NCBI GenBank assembly: GCA_948442615.1
Contig: CAOJSG010000004.1
Location: forward strand, 7,865 to 71,864
Reading direction: 5' to 3'
Length of the DNA: 64,000 nt
Origin: an uncultured Alistipes sp.
GTDB taxonomy: Bacteria > Bacteroidota > Bacteroidia > Bacteroidales > Rikenellaceae
In this document: positions 29,839 through 39,846 of the stretch, piece by piece
Layout of the letters: the number at the start of each line of letters is the position of its first letter
How positions within the stretch are numbered: the first letter of the stretch is position 1
Notes under the pieces: generated by a model
The model's input: the letters and a program-made list of their open reading frames with translations, nothing else
Told to the model about the DNA's origin: nothing
Database searches by the model: none
Position numbers and translations under genes: made by a program

Positions 29839-31152
29839 CTATTTCCCGATGCCCACGTAGCGGAAACCCTTGTCCGCGGCCTCCTCCTTGTCGTAGATGT
29901 TCCGGCCGTCGACCACCACGTTGCCGCGCATCGAACGCAGCAGCCGCTCCCAGTCGGGCATCCGGAACTCCTTCCATTCGGTCATCAGCGCAATGGCGTC
30001 GGCCCCTTCGGCCGCTTCGTACATCGAGCGGGCGTATGCGATGCGGTCGCCCAGGCGTCGGCGGCATTCAGGCATGGCGACCGGGTCGAACACCCGGATG
30101 CCGGCCCCCTCGCGCAGCAGAATTTCGATCACCGTCAGGGCCGGCGCCTCGCGCATGTCGTCGGTTTCGGGCTTGAACGAGAGTCCCCACAGCGCCACCG
30201 TCTTGCCCCGGAGCGTGCCCAGCGCGCGCCGCAGCTTGTCGGCGACGACCGATTTCTGGCGTTCGTTGACCCGCTCGACCGCCTCGATCACCTCCATCGG
30301 AGCGCCGTGGTCGCGTGCGGTGCGGATCAGCGCCTTCACGTCCTTGGGGAAGCACGAGCCGCCGTAGCCGCAGCCGGGGTAGAGGAATTTCTTGCCGATG
30401 CGGACGTCGGAGCCGATGCCCTGGCGGACGTTCTCCACGTCGGCGCCCACCAGTTCGCAGAGGTTGGCGATGTCGTTCATGAACGAGATGCGCGTGGCGA
30501 GCATGGCGTTGGCGGCGTATTTGGTCATCTCGGCCGAGGGGATGTCCATGAAGAGCACCCGGAAATTATTGAGCAGAAAGGGGCGGTAGAGCCGGGCCAG
30601 CATCTTGCGGGCGCGTTCGCTCTCGACCCCCACCACCACGCGGTCGGGCGACATGAAGTCCTTGATCGCCGCCCCCTCCTTGAGGAATTCGGGGTTGGAG
30701 GCCACGTCGAAGTCGACCGTGCAGCCGCGCCGGGCCAGCTCCTCCTCGATCACGGCCCGCACCTTGCGCGCCGTGCCGACGGGCACGGTGCTTTTGATGA
30801 CCAGTACGGCGTATTTGCGTATGTGGCGGCCGAACGAGCGCGCCACCTCGAGGACGTAGCGCAGGTCGGCCGCGCCGTCTTCGTCGGGCGGCGTGCCCAC
30901 GGCCGCGAAGACCGCCTCCGCCGTGTCGATGCAGTCCGTGAGCCGGGTGGTGAAGTGCAGCCGGCCGGCCTCGACATTGCGGGCCACCATCTGTTCCAGC
31001 CCCGGTTCGTAGATGGGGATGACGCCGCGGTTCAGGGCGTCGATCTTTCCGGCGTCGGTATCGACGCAGGTCACGTCGAGCCCGATCTCCGCGAAGCAGG
31101 CGCCCGATACCAGGCCTACGTAGCCCGTTCCGACGATCGCGATTTTCATCAT
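29839..31152 (-). CDS. ugd: UDP-glucose 6-dehydrogenase
   Basis: GTGYVGL, SNPEFLKEG, GYGGSCFPKD and FKPETDDMRE. Confidence 0.94.
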   Translation of the reverse strand: MMKIAIVGTGYVGLVSGACFAEIGLDVTCVDTDAGKIDALNRGVIPIYEPGLEQMVARNVEAGRLHFTTRLTDCIDTAEAVFAAVGTPPDEDGAADLRYVLEVARSFGRHIRKYAVLVIKSTVPVGTARKVRAVIEEELARRGCTVDFDVASNPEFLKEGAAIKDFMSPDRVVVGVESERARKMLARLYRPFLLNNFRVLFMDIPSAEMTKYAANAMLATRISFMNDIANLCELVGADVENVRQGIGSDVRIGKKFLYPGCGYGGSCFPKDVKALIRTARDHGAPMEVIEAVERVNERQKSVVADKLRRALGTLRGKTVALWGLSFKPETDDMREAPALTVIEILLREGAGIRVFDPVAMPECRRRLGDRIAYARSMYEAAEGADAIALMTEWKEFRMPDWERLLRSMRGNVVVDGRNIYDKEEAADKGFRYVGIGK

Positions 31153-31379
31153 GTCAGTAGTCTTTTTTTCGTTGCGCCGCGCTGCCGGCGGAGGTTGTTC
31201 CGTCCGGCGCGGCGGTTTCCGGCTGTTTTCTCGGCCGGCGCGCGGCCGGTTGTTTCGGACATTCCCGCCCGGCGCGCTGTTTTTTTGCTGCTTTTCCGTC
31301 CGGCGGGCTCTTCCGTGGTTTCCCCGCCCGGCATGCGCCTCGGCGGCGCTCCGCACGGGCGGGGCGCTCTTTCCGGCGG

Positions 31380-32564
31380 TTAACGGCTCTGCGCGAGCTG
31401 CCGCGCCAGCTCGTCGCACGCCTCGTAGCATGCGGGACCGAATCCCTGTTTCATCTCGACCGGCCGGCCGATCACCTCCCATTTGGTCCGCGCGGCGAAC
31501 TCCGTCATCTTGCGCACGGCGGCCCCGGCCCAGCAGAACGAGCCGAAGCAGGCGAAGCGGCGGTGGGGGATGCAGCGGTTGGCGAGCTTGTCGAGCAGCT
31601 GCTGCACCTCGGGGAAGAGTTCGCCGTTGTAGGTGGGCGATCCCACGACGAGCGTGTCGTAGCGGAACACGTCGCGCAGGACCGTCGACGTGTCGGCGGT
31701 CGAGAGGTCGTAGACGAAGATGTTCCGCTGCCCGGTCTCGGCCAGCGAGCGGGCGATGCGGCCGGCCATCTGCGCCGTGTTGCCGTACATCGAGCCGTAG
31801 GCGATCACCGTGCCGGGTTCGCCTTCGTAGCGGCTCATCCGGTCGTAGAGGTCCAGCACGCGGGGGATCTCGCGCTGCCATACGGGGCCGTGGGTCGGAC
31901 AGAGGGTGCCGATCGCGAGCGGAGCGAGTTTCCGGAGCGCCTGCTGCACGGGGGTGCCGTATTTGCCGACGATGCAGGCGTAGTAGCGGCGCATCTCGTC
32001 CCGATAGCGGTCGAAGGGCAGCTGTGCGTCGGTGACGCCGCCGTCCAGCGTGCCGAACGTCCCGAAGGCGTCGCCCGGGAAGAGCGTCTGCGTCTCGGGG
32101 CAGTAGGTGGCCATCGTCTCGGGCCAGTGGACCATCGGGATCATGTGGAACCGGAGGCTTCTGTGCGCCCCCAGCCGGAGCGTGTCGCCCTCCTTCACCT
32201 CGACCAGCCCCTCGCGGATGCCGTAGAACCCTTCGATCATGGCGAGGGTCTTGGCGTTGCCGACGATGCGCATGTCGGGGTAGAGGCGCCGCAGCGCCTC
32301 GATCGACGAGGAGTGGTCGGGTTCCATGTGGTTGACGATCAGGTAGTCGATCCTGCGGTCGGCGAGCGTCTCGCGGATGTGCCCGAAGAGCTGGCCGCCG
32401 AAGCGCTCCTCGACGGTGTCGATCAGCGCCACCTGCTCGTCGACGACCAGGTAGCTGTTGTACGATACGCCGCAGGGCAGCGGCCAGAGCGCCTCGAAAC
32501 GCACGGTGGTGCGGTCGTCGACGCCCACGTAATGGATGCCGGGATGTATTTCTGTGATTTTCAT
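31380..32564 (-). CDS. fprA: FprA family flavodiiron protein
   Basis: HMEPDH, HWPE, DAFG and THGP motifs plus a flavodoxin domain (SMYGNT). Confidence 0.92.
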   Translation of the reverse strand: MKITEIHPGIHYVGVDDRTTVRFEALWPLPCGVSYNSYLVVDEQVALIDTVEERFGGQLFGHIRETLADRRIDYLIVNHMEPDHSSSIEALRRLYPDMRIVGNAKTLAMIEGFYGIREGLVEVKEGDTLRLGAHRSLRFHMIPMVHWPETMATYCPETQTLFPGDAFGTFGTLDGGVTDAQLPFDRYRDEMRRYYACIVGKYGTPVQQALRKLAPLAIGTLCPTHGPVWQREIPRVLDLYDRMSRYEGEPGTVIAYGSMYGNTAQMAGRIARSLAETGQRNIFVYDLSTADTSTVLRDVFRYDTLVVGSPTYNGELFPEVQQLLDKLANRCIPHRRFACFGSFCWAGAAVRKMTEFAARTKWEVIGRPVEMKQGFGPACYEACDELARQLAQSR

Positions 32565-32725
32565 ATCGATCGCTGCGAATTTACAGACAAAGTTACGGAT
32601 TTTTTCGGGAAAAGGGCGGGGCGCCGCTGCGGATTTCCGTGCGTCCGCCTGCTCGTGCGTGCCTATTTCGCCGGCCGGACAGGCAGGCGGCCGGTCCGAC
32701 CGGCCCCGCTGCTTTCCGCCGCGGA

Positions 32726-33256
32726 TCAGGACCGCGCGGCCGGTTGCGCCCGGACGTAGGCCCGTTCGATCTCCACGATATAGAGCGTGTGGAAGTCGCG
32801 CAGCGGATACCACTGTCCGACCGGTTCGGGGTCGAGGAAAGCCTCCTCGCGCAGCGTGTCGGCGTACATCTTGCGGCATTCGAGCACCAGCCGCGCCTCG
32901 GCGATGGCGGGCGTTCCGGCATCGGTCGCCGTCACGCTCAGCCCCGCTTCGGCGATCTTGTCGCCGTCGCGTCCCGAATGGGTGCCGCAGTATTGCAGCG
33001 CCTTGCGTCGCTCGGGGCCGAAGAACGACAGCGTCAGCCGTTCGTGCGCGTCGACGAACTCCTTCGTATAGCGCGTAGGCCGGATCACGACCGCCGCCGC
33101 GGGCTTGCCCCACATCTGGCCGACGAATCCCCAGCTGGCGGTCATCGTATTGCACGCCGCGGCGTCTCCGGCCGTGATGAGCATCCACTCGGCGCCGATG
33201 GCCCGAATGAAGTTTTCCGTGAGTTCCGCGACGGGCGTTTGCTGAAAATTATCCAT
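32726..33256 (-). CDS. Flavin reductase-like protein
   Basis: NTMTASWG, IRPTRYT and SGRDGDK. Confidence 0.85.
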   Translation of the reverse strand: MDNFQQTPVAELTENFIRAIGAEWMLITAGDAAACNTMTASWGFVGQMWGKPAAAVVIRPTRYTKEFVDAHERLTLSFFGPERRKALQYCGTHSGRDGDKIAEAGLSVTATDAGTPAIAEARLVLECRKMYADTLREEAFLDPEPVGQWYPLRDFHTLYIVEIERAYVRAQPAARS

Positions 33257-33392
33257 CTCTTTACGTTGTGTTGGTCCTGCAAAAGTAGAATTATTTCACC
33301 GATATGCCACTTTTCGCACTCCGCTTTTCGCTTTTCTCCGTAATATTTTTACCTTTGTTCCGATTATCCGAACACCCTGATACAAGCGATCA

Positions 33393-35222
33393 ATGCTCAA
33401 GACATACCTCCGATTGCTCGGCTTCGCCAAGCCTATCCAAAAATATGCCATCCCGTACTTTTTCTATTCGCTGCTCTACGCGCTGTTCAATTCGTGCACG
33501 TTCCTGCTCATCATCCCGATTCTGAACACGATGTTCGATGCGAACTATACGTTCGAGTACGTCGACAAACTGCCGCCCCTGACCCTGGACAAGAGCTACC
33601 TGACCGCACTGTTCAACTATGCCTACGCGCACTTGTTCGACGAGTTCCGGGTGGAGAACGTGCTGATGCTGCTGGCCGTGGTGACCATCTGCATCAGTTT
33701 CCTGAGCAACCTGTTCCGCTATCTGGGGGCCTGGACGGTCGAGAACATGCGCACGCGGACGCTGCAGCGCATCCGCGACCGGATGTTCGCCAAGGTCGTT
33801 GACATGAACGTGGGCTATTTCAGCGAACAGCGCAAGGGCGACATCATCTCGAAGATCACGTCGGACGTGGGCGTGGTGCAGTTCTGCATCACCAATACGC
33901 TGCAGGTGGCCTTCCGCGAGCCGTTCCTCATCATCGGCTACACGGTGATGATGATCGCCATCTCGTGGGAGCTGGCGCTCTTCTCGGTGCTGTTCCTCCC
34001 CGTAGTGGCCGTCATCATCGGCAGCATCGTCAAGCGGCTGCGCCATCCGGCCCGCACCAGCCAGAAACGGCTCGGCGAGCTGGTCAGCACGGTCGACGAG
34101 GCGCTGGCGGGCATCAAGGTGGTCAAGAGCTACAACGCTTCGGAGTACGTCAAGCGCAAGTTCTTCGACATCGACGCGGACTTCTCGCGGCTGAATCTCT
34201 CGATGGCGCGCCGGCAGCAGCTGGCCTCGCCCATGAGCGAGTTCCTCGGCATCACGGCCGTGGGGGTGATCCTCGTCTTCGGCGGGTCGCTGGTGGTCAA
34301 GGGGTCGCTCGACGCGGGCGGGTTCATCGCCTTCGTGGCGATGTTCTCGCAGATCACGCGTCCGGTGCGCACCTTCATCGACCAGTTCGCCAACATCAAC
34401 CAGGGCATCGCCGCCGGCGAGCGGATCTTCTCGGTGCTGGACGCCGACAGCGAGATCCAGGACCGTCCCGACGCCCGGCCGCTCGAAGCGCTGCGCGAGA
34501 AGATCGAGTTCCGCGACGTGCGCTTCTCCTACGACGGCCAGCGCGAGGTGATCGACGGCATCTCGTTCGAAATCCGCCGCGGTGAGACCGTGGCGCTCGT
34601 CGGTCCGTCGGGCGGCGGCAAGTCGACCCTCTCGGAGCTGATCCCCCGCTTCTACGACCCCACGGGCGGCGATATTCTGATCGACGGCATCTCGATCCGC
34701 GACTATACGCAGGAGAGCCTGCGCGCCCACATGAGCGTCGTGGCGCAGAACACGGTGCTCTTCAACGATACGATCGAACGCAACATCGCCATGGGCAAGG
34801 CCGGCGCCACGCACGAGGAGGTGGTCGCCGCGGCGCGGATCGCCAATGCCGACAGCTTCATCCGCGAGTGCGCCGAGGGGTACGACACCAACATCGGCGA
34901 CCGGGGCGCGAAGCTCTCGGGCGGCCAGCGCCAGCGGCTTTCGATCGCCCGCGCCGTGCTGAAGAACCCCGAGATCCTCATTCTCGACGAGGCCACCTCG
35001 GCGCTCGACACCGAGAGCGAGAAACTGGTGCAGGAGGCGCTGAACAAGCTGCTGAAGGGGCGTACGTCGGTGGTCATCGCCCACCGGCTGTCGACGATCC
35101 ACAATGCCGACCGGATCATCGTCGTCGACCACGGCCGCATCGCCGAGCAGGGGACCCATGCCGAGCTGATGCTCCGGGGCGGCATCTACGCCAAGCTGAT
35201 CGAGATGCAGTCGTTCGACTGA
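33393..35222 (+). CDS. ABC exporter ATP-binding/permease (MsbA-like)
   Basis: TM domain plus GPSGGGKS, LSGGQRQR and ILDEATSALD. Confidence 0.93.
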   Translation: MLKTYLRLLGFAKPIQKYAIPYFFYSLLYALFNSCTFLLIIPILNTMFDANYTFEYVDKLPPLTLDKSYLTALFNYAYAHLFDEFRVENVLMLLAVVTICISFLSNLFRYLGAWTVENMRTRTLQRIRDRMFAKVVDMNVGYFSEQRKGDIISKITSDVGVVQFCITNTLQVAFREPFLIIGYTVMMIAISWELALFSVLFLPVVAVIIGSIVKRLRHPARTSQKRLGELVSTVDEALAGIKVVKSYNASEYVKRKFFDIDADFSRLNLSMARRQQLASPMSEFLGITAVGVILVFGGSLVVKGSLDAGGFIAFVAMFSQITRPVRTFIDQFANINQGIAAGERIFSVLDADSEIQDRPDARPLEALREKIEFRDVRFSYDGQREVIDGISFEIRRGETVALVGPSGGGKSTLSELIPRFYDPTGGDILIDGISIRDYTQESLRAHMSVVAQNTVLFNDTIERNIAMGKAGATHEEVVAAARIANADSFIRECAEGYDTNIGDRGAKLSGGQRQRLSIARAVLKNPEILILDEATSALDTESEKLVQEALNKLLKGRTSVVIAHRLSTIHNADRIIVVDHGRIAEQGTHAELMLRGGIYAKLIEMQSFD

Positions 35223-35270
35223 GCCCGTGCGGCATGCGGCCGCCGCGGCGCATCGGACGCCCGCAGTGTG

Positions 35271-35309
35271 AAAAAAAGTCCCCCGGATCCGGGGGATTTT
35301 CTTTTTTTT
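35271..35309 (+). terminator. Terminator after the ABC exporter
   Basis: AAAAGTCCCCCGG-AT-CCGGGGGATTTT followed by a T-tract. Confidence 0.7.
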
Positions 35310-35468
35310 CGTACCTTTGGCTGCGCCGAAGATACCGCGCCTCGGAAAAAATGCGGCGAGCCTGCTTTTTTCTCTCGGCTTATTCGTATTTTTGGCTTCG
35401 CCTTAGATACTTCCGCTCGGCAATGCTCAAATAGATTTGGCATTGCCCTCGCTTATTCGTATCTTTGC
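35308..35468 (+). repeat. Tandem ~73-75-bp structured repeat units, each bounded by a TAnnTTTG box
   Basis: Units start with TTCGTAnnTTTG at 35308, 35383 and 35456. They share GGCT.CGCC..AGATAC, CTCGG and CTCG(G)CTTA, and have internal hairpins. Confidence 0.8.
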
Positions 35469-35498
35469 GAGTTACCGCTCATAAAGTCACAAAACGAT

Positions 35499-38400
35499 AT
35501 GAAATTCAAAGAGTATAAGGGCCTCGATCTGCCTGCCGTGGCGGACGAGGTGTTGAAGCGCTGGGACGCCGACGACACGTTCCACAAGAGCATCTCCACG
35601 CGCGAGGGCCATCCCGCATTCGTCTTCTACGAGGGTCCCCCCTCGGCCAACGGCCTGCCGGGCATCCATCACGTCATGGCCCGCACGATCAAGGACGTCT
35701 TCTGCCGCTACAAGACCCAGAAGGGCTATCTCGTCCACCGCAAGGCGGGGTGGGACACGCACGGACTGCCCGTGGAGCTGGGCGTCGAGAAGAAACTCGG
35801 CATCACGAAGGAGGACATCGGCAAGAGCATCTCCATCGAAGAGTACAACCGCACGTGCCGCGAAGCGGTCATGGAGTTCACCGGCGTGTGGGAGGACCTC
35901 ACGCGCAAGATGGGCTACTGGGTCAACATGGACGACCCCTACATCACCTACGACAACAAGTACATCGAGTCGCTGTGGTGGCTGCTGAAACAGCTCTTCG
36001 ACAAGGGGCTGCTCTATAAGGGCTATACCATCCAGCCCTACTCGCCGGCGGCCGGAACGGGCCTTTCGACCCACGAGCTGAACCAGCCCGGCTGCTACCG
36101 CGACGTGAAGGACACGACGATGGTGGCGCAGTTCCGCATCGTCGACCCGAAACCCGAAATGGAGGGGTGGGGCACCCCCGTCTTCCTGGCCTGGACCACC
36201 ACGCCGTGGACGCTGCCCTCGAACACGGCCCTGTGCGTGGGCCCGAAGATCGACTACGTGGCCGTGCGCAGCTATAATCCCTACACGGGGGCGAAGATCA
36301 CGGCCGTGGTGGCCAAGGCGCTGCTCTACGCCCACTTCAACAGGAAGGCCGAGGGGCTGCCGCTCGACGCCTACAAGCCCGGCGACAAGCTGGTGCCGTT
36401 CGAGGTCGTGGGCGAATACGCGGGACCCGAACTCGTGGGTATGCACTACAAACAGCTCATCCCGTGGGTGAAGCCTGTGGCGGCGGATGCCGACGGCAAC
36501 TGGCGCGACGCCTCGGCCGAGGCGTTCCGCGTCATCGCGGGCGACTACGTCACCACGGAGGACGGTACGGGTATCGTCCATATCGCCCCGACGTTCGGTG
36601 CCGACGACGCCTTCGTGGCGCGCGCCGCGGGCATCCCGTCGCTCTTCATGATCAACAAGCGGGGCGAGACGCGCCCGATGGTCGACCTCACGGGCAAGTT
36701 CTACCTGCTCGACGAGCTCGACGAGCGTTTCGTCGCCGAATGCGTCGATACGGAGGCCTACCGCGAATACGAGGGCCGCTGGGTGAAGAATGCCTACGAC
36801 CCGCAGTTCACCGTCGACGGCCGGTACGACGAGGCCGCCGCACAGGCCGCCGAGTCGCTCGACGTCTACCTCTGCGTCCGGCTCAAGGCGGCGGACAAGG
36901 CCTTCCGCATCGAGAAGCACGTGCACAACTATCCCCACTGCTGGCGGACGGACAAGCCGGTGCTCTACTATCCGCTCGACTCGTGGTTCATCCGCACCAC
37001 GGCGCTCAAGGAGCGCATGATCGAGCTGAACCGCACGATCCGCTGGCGCCCCGAATCGACCGGCTCGGGCCGCTTCGGCAAGTGGCTGGAGAATCTGAAC
37101 GACTGGAACCTCTCGCGCTCGCGCTTCTGGGGCACGCCGCTCCCGATCTGGGCCACGGAGGACCGCTCGGAGCTGAAGTGCATCGGTTCGGTCGCGGAGC
37201 TGGCGGCCGAAATCGAGAAGTCGGTGGCGGCGGGTTTCATGAAGGAAAATCCCTACAAGGAGTTCAAGGCGGGCGACATGTCGAAGGAGAACTACTCGAC
37301 CGAACGTATCGACCTGCACCGCCCCTATGTCGATTCGATCGTCCTCGTCTCGTCGAAGGGCGCGCCGATGCGCCGCGAGAGCGACCTGATCGACGTGTGG
37401 TTCGATTCGGGCGCCATGCCCTATGCGCAGGTGCACTATCCGTTCGAGCACAAGGAGGATTTCGGCGAGGTCTACCCGGCCGACTTCATCGCCGAGGGCG
37501 TCGACCAGACGCGCGGCTGGTTCTTCACGCTGCATGCCATCGCCACGATGCTCTTCGACTCGGTGGCGTTCAGGAACATCATCTCCAACGGCCTGGTGCT
37601 CGACAAGAACGGCAACAAGATGTCGAAGCGTCTGGGCAACGCCGTCGATCCGTTCGACGTGCTGTCGACCTACGGTGCCGACGCCACGCGCTGGTACATG
37701 ATCTCCAACTCGCAGCCGTGGGACAACCTCAAGTTCGACCGCGACGGCGTGGACGAGGTGCGCCGCAAGTTCTTCGGCACGCTCTACAACACCTATTCGT
37801 TCTTCGCGCTCTACGCCAACGTCGATTCGTTCACGGGCCGCGAGCCGGAGGTGCCCGTGGAGAAGCGTCCGGAGATCGACCGCTGGATCATCTCGCTGCT
37901 GAACACGCTGGTGCGCGACGTGACCCGGTCGCTCGAGAACTACGATCCGACTCCGGCGGCCCGCGCCATCCAGGAGTTCGTCGGCGAGAACCTTTCGAAC
38001 TGGTACGTGCGCCTGAACCGCAAGCGCTTCTGGGGCGGCGGAATGACCGAGGACAAGCTCTCGGCCTACCAGACGCTCTATACGTGCCTCGAAACCGTGG
38101 CGATGCTCTCCGCGCCGTTCGCGCCGTTCATCTCCGACCGCATCTTCTGCGACCTGAATGCCGTGAGCGGCCGTCATGCCGAGGAGTCGGTGCATCTGTC
38201 GACCTTCCCCGAGGCCGACGAGTCGCTCATCGACGCCGGGCTGGAGGAGACGATGTCGCTGGCGCAGCGCGTCTCGTCGATGGTGCTCGCCCTGCGCCGC
38301 AAGGTGGGCATCAAGGTGCGCCAGCCGCTGACGAAGATTCTCGTTCCGGTGCTCGATCCCGCCATGGCAGCCCATATCGAGGCCGTGCGCGGACTCATCA

Positions 38401-38984
38401 TGAACGAGGTGAACATCAAGGACATCGAGCTTATCGAGAAGACCACAGGCCTCATCACCAAGCGCATCAAGCCCAACTTCAAGACGCTCGGCCCGCGCTA
38501 CGGCAAGTACATGAAACAGATCGCCGCCCTCACGGCCGGCTTCTCGCAGGAGCGCATCGCCGAGATCGAGGCGTCGGCCGAAATCGCCCTCGACATGGGC
38601 GCCGAGACGATCACCGTCACGCCGGCCGACTTCGAGATCACCTCGGAGGATATGCCGGGCTGGCTCGTGGCCTCGGAGGGCAAGCTCACCGTGGCGCTCG
38701 ACATCACCGTGACCGACGCGCTGCGCGCCGAGGGCGTGGCACGCGAGTTGATAAACCGCATCCAGAATATCCGCAAGGATTCGGGCTTCGAGGTGACGGA
38801 CAAGATCCGCGTGGAGATCGAGCGGCGGCCCTTCGCCGCCGAGGCGCTGGACGCCTACGCCGACTATATCGCCTCGCAGACGCTGGCTGTGAGCGTGGCG
38901 GCCGTCGACGCGCCTGCGGGCGATACGCTCGTGCAGTCCGAGATCGACGAGCAGCCCATCGCCATCGCCGTCACGCGGGTGTAG
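35499..38984 (+). CDS. ileS: Isoleucine--tRNA ligase (type 2)
   Basis: YEGPPSANGLPGIHH, GWDTHGLPVE, WTTTPWTLP, EGVDQTRGWF and KMSKR. Confidence 0.97.
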   Translation: MKFKEYKGLDLPAVADEVLKRWDADDTFHKSISTREGHPAFVFYEGPPSANGLPGIHHVMARTIKDVFCRYKTQKGYLVHRKAGWDTHGLPVELGVEKKLGITKEDIGKSISIEEYNRTCREAVMEFTGVWEDLTRKMGYWVNMDDPYITYDNKYIESLWWLLKQLFDKGLLYKGYTIQPYSPAAGTGLSTHELNQPGCYRDVKDTTMVAQFRIVDPKPEMEGWGTPVFLAWTTTPWTLPSNTALCVGPKIDYVAVRSYNPYTGAKITAVVAKALLYAHFNRKAEGLPLDAYKPGDKLVPFEVVGEYAGPELVGMHYKQLIPWVKPVAADADGNWRDASAEAFRVIAGDYVTTEDGTGIVHIAPTFGADDAFVARAAGIPSLFMINKRGETRPMVDLTGKFYLLDELDERFVAECVDTEAYREYEGRWVKNAYDPQFTVDGRYDEAAAQAAESLDVYLCVRLKAADKAFRIEKHVHNYPHCWRTDKPVLYYPLDSWFIRTTALKERMIELNRTIRWRPESTGSGRFGKWLENLNDWNLSRSRFWGTPLPIWATEDRSELKCIGSVAELAAEIEKSVAAGFMKENPYKEFKAGDMSKENYSTERIDLHRPYVDSIVLVSSKGAPMRRESDLIDVWFDSGAMPYAQVHYPFEHKEDFGEVYPADFIAEGVDQTRGWFFTLHAIATMLFDSVAFRNIISNGLVLDKNGNKMSKRLGNAVDPFDVLSTYGADATRWYMISNSQPWDNLKFDRDGVDEVRRKFFGTLYNTYSFFALYANVDSFTGREPEVPVEKRPEIDRWIISLLNTLVRDVTRSLENYDPTPAARAIQEFVGENLSNWYVRLNRKRFWGGGMTEDKLSAYQTLYTCLETVAMLSAPFAPFISDRIFCDLNAVSGRHAEESVHLSTFPEADESLIDAGLEETMSLAQRVSSMVLALRRKVGIKVRQPLTKILVPVLDPAMAAHIEAVRGLIMNEVNIKDIELIEKTTGLITKRIKPNFKTLGPRYGKYMKQIAALTAGFSQERIAEIEASAEIALDMGAETITVTPADFEITSEDMPGWLVASEGKLTVALDITVTDALRAEGVARELINRIQNIRKDSGFEVTDKIRVEIERRPFAAEALDAYADYIASQTLAVSVAAVDAPAGDTLVQSEIDEQPIAIAVTRV

Positions 38985-39116
38985 GGCGCGGGGCTGCGGA
39001 GCTGCGGCGGCCGGTTCCGTCCGGCCCGGACGATCCGGGCGGGAGTTACTGCCGGGAAAATTTGGTAGTTCGGAAAGAAATGTTTAATTTTACGTTATAC
39101 CAAAACAGAAAGCGAT

Positions 39117-39497
39117 ATGGCAGATGAGAGAACGAGATACAGCGACGCCGAACTCGAGGAGTTCAAGCAGCTCCTGCTGAAGAAGCTGGAGAATGCGCGC
39201 GCGGATTACGAGCTGCTGCGTGCCACCATCACCCACACGGCGGATAACGATACGGAAGATACGTCGCCCACGTTCAAGGTGCTCGAAGAGGGGGCCACGA
39301 CCCTCTCCAAGGAGGAGAGCGGCCGGCTGGCCGCGCATCAGATGAAGTTCATCCGCAATCTGGAGATGGCGCTGGTGCGTATCGAGAACAAGACCTACGG
39401 CATCTGCAAGACCACGGGCAAGCTGATCCCCAAGGAGCGGCTGATGCGCGTGCCGCATGCCACGGAGTGCATCGAGGCGAAGGAGGGGCGGCGCTGA
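39117..39497 (+). CDS. TraR/DksA family transcriptional regulator
   Basis: Coiled coil plus ALVRIENKTYGICKTTGKLIPKERL. Confidence 0.9.
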   Translation: MADERTRYSDAELEEFKQLLLKKLENARADYELLRATITHTADNDTEDTSPTFKVLEEGATTLSKEESGRLAAHQMKFIRNLEMALVRIENKTYGICKTTGKLIPKERLMRVPHATECIEAKEGRR

Positions 39498-39846
39498 CGT
39501 TCTCTGCCGGGCCGGGAAGCTCCGCCGACACGGCCGGTCCGCCGGTCCGGTGCTGGCCGGAACGGAGAGCCGCTCCGGCGGCGGGACCGATGTCCGGACG
39601 CCGGAGTCAGACTCGGAATCGGACGCCGGAATCGGGGACGGAATCGCCCGAAAGGCTTCGGAATGACTTTGCGACCGGGACGGATCTTTTCCGTCCCGGT
39701 CGTTCGCATCTGCGTTCCGAAGGGACGGTGCCTCGGGCTGCCCCGGGCCCTCGCCGGCCTCCCTCGCCGGTCCGGAGGGTGCGGAGGGTCGGGCGAATGC
39801 GCCGCCGGACATACTTTTTAGAGGAAGAATACGTTAGTTTCGACAC

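Noticed and set aside
35308-35468. Possible mini-CRISPR array
   Set aside because: Only about 2.2 imperfect units, the 'spacers' are mutually related and structured, and no cas genes are in the window
35222-35498. T-box riboswitch upstream of ileS
   Set aside because: No T-box consensus is visible, and a -7 box lies only ~30 nt before the start codon
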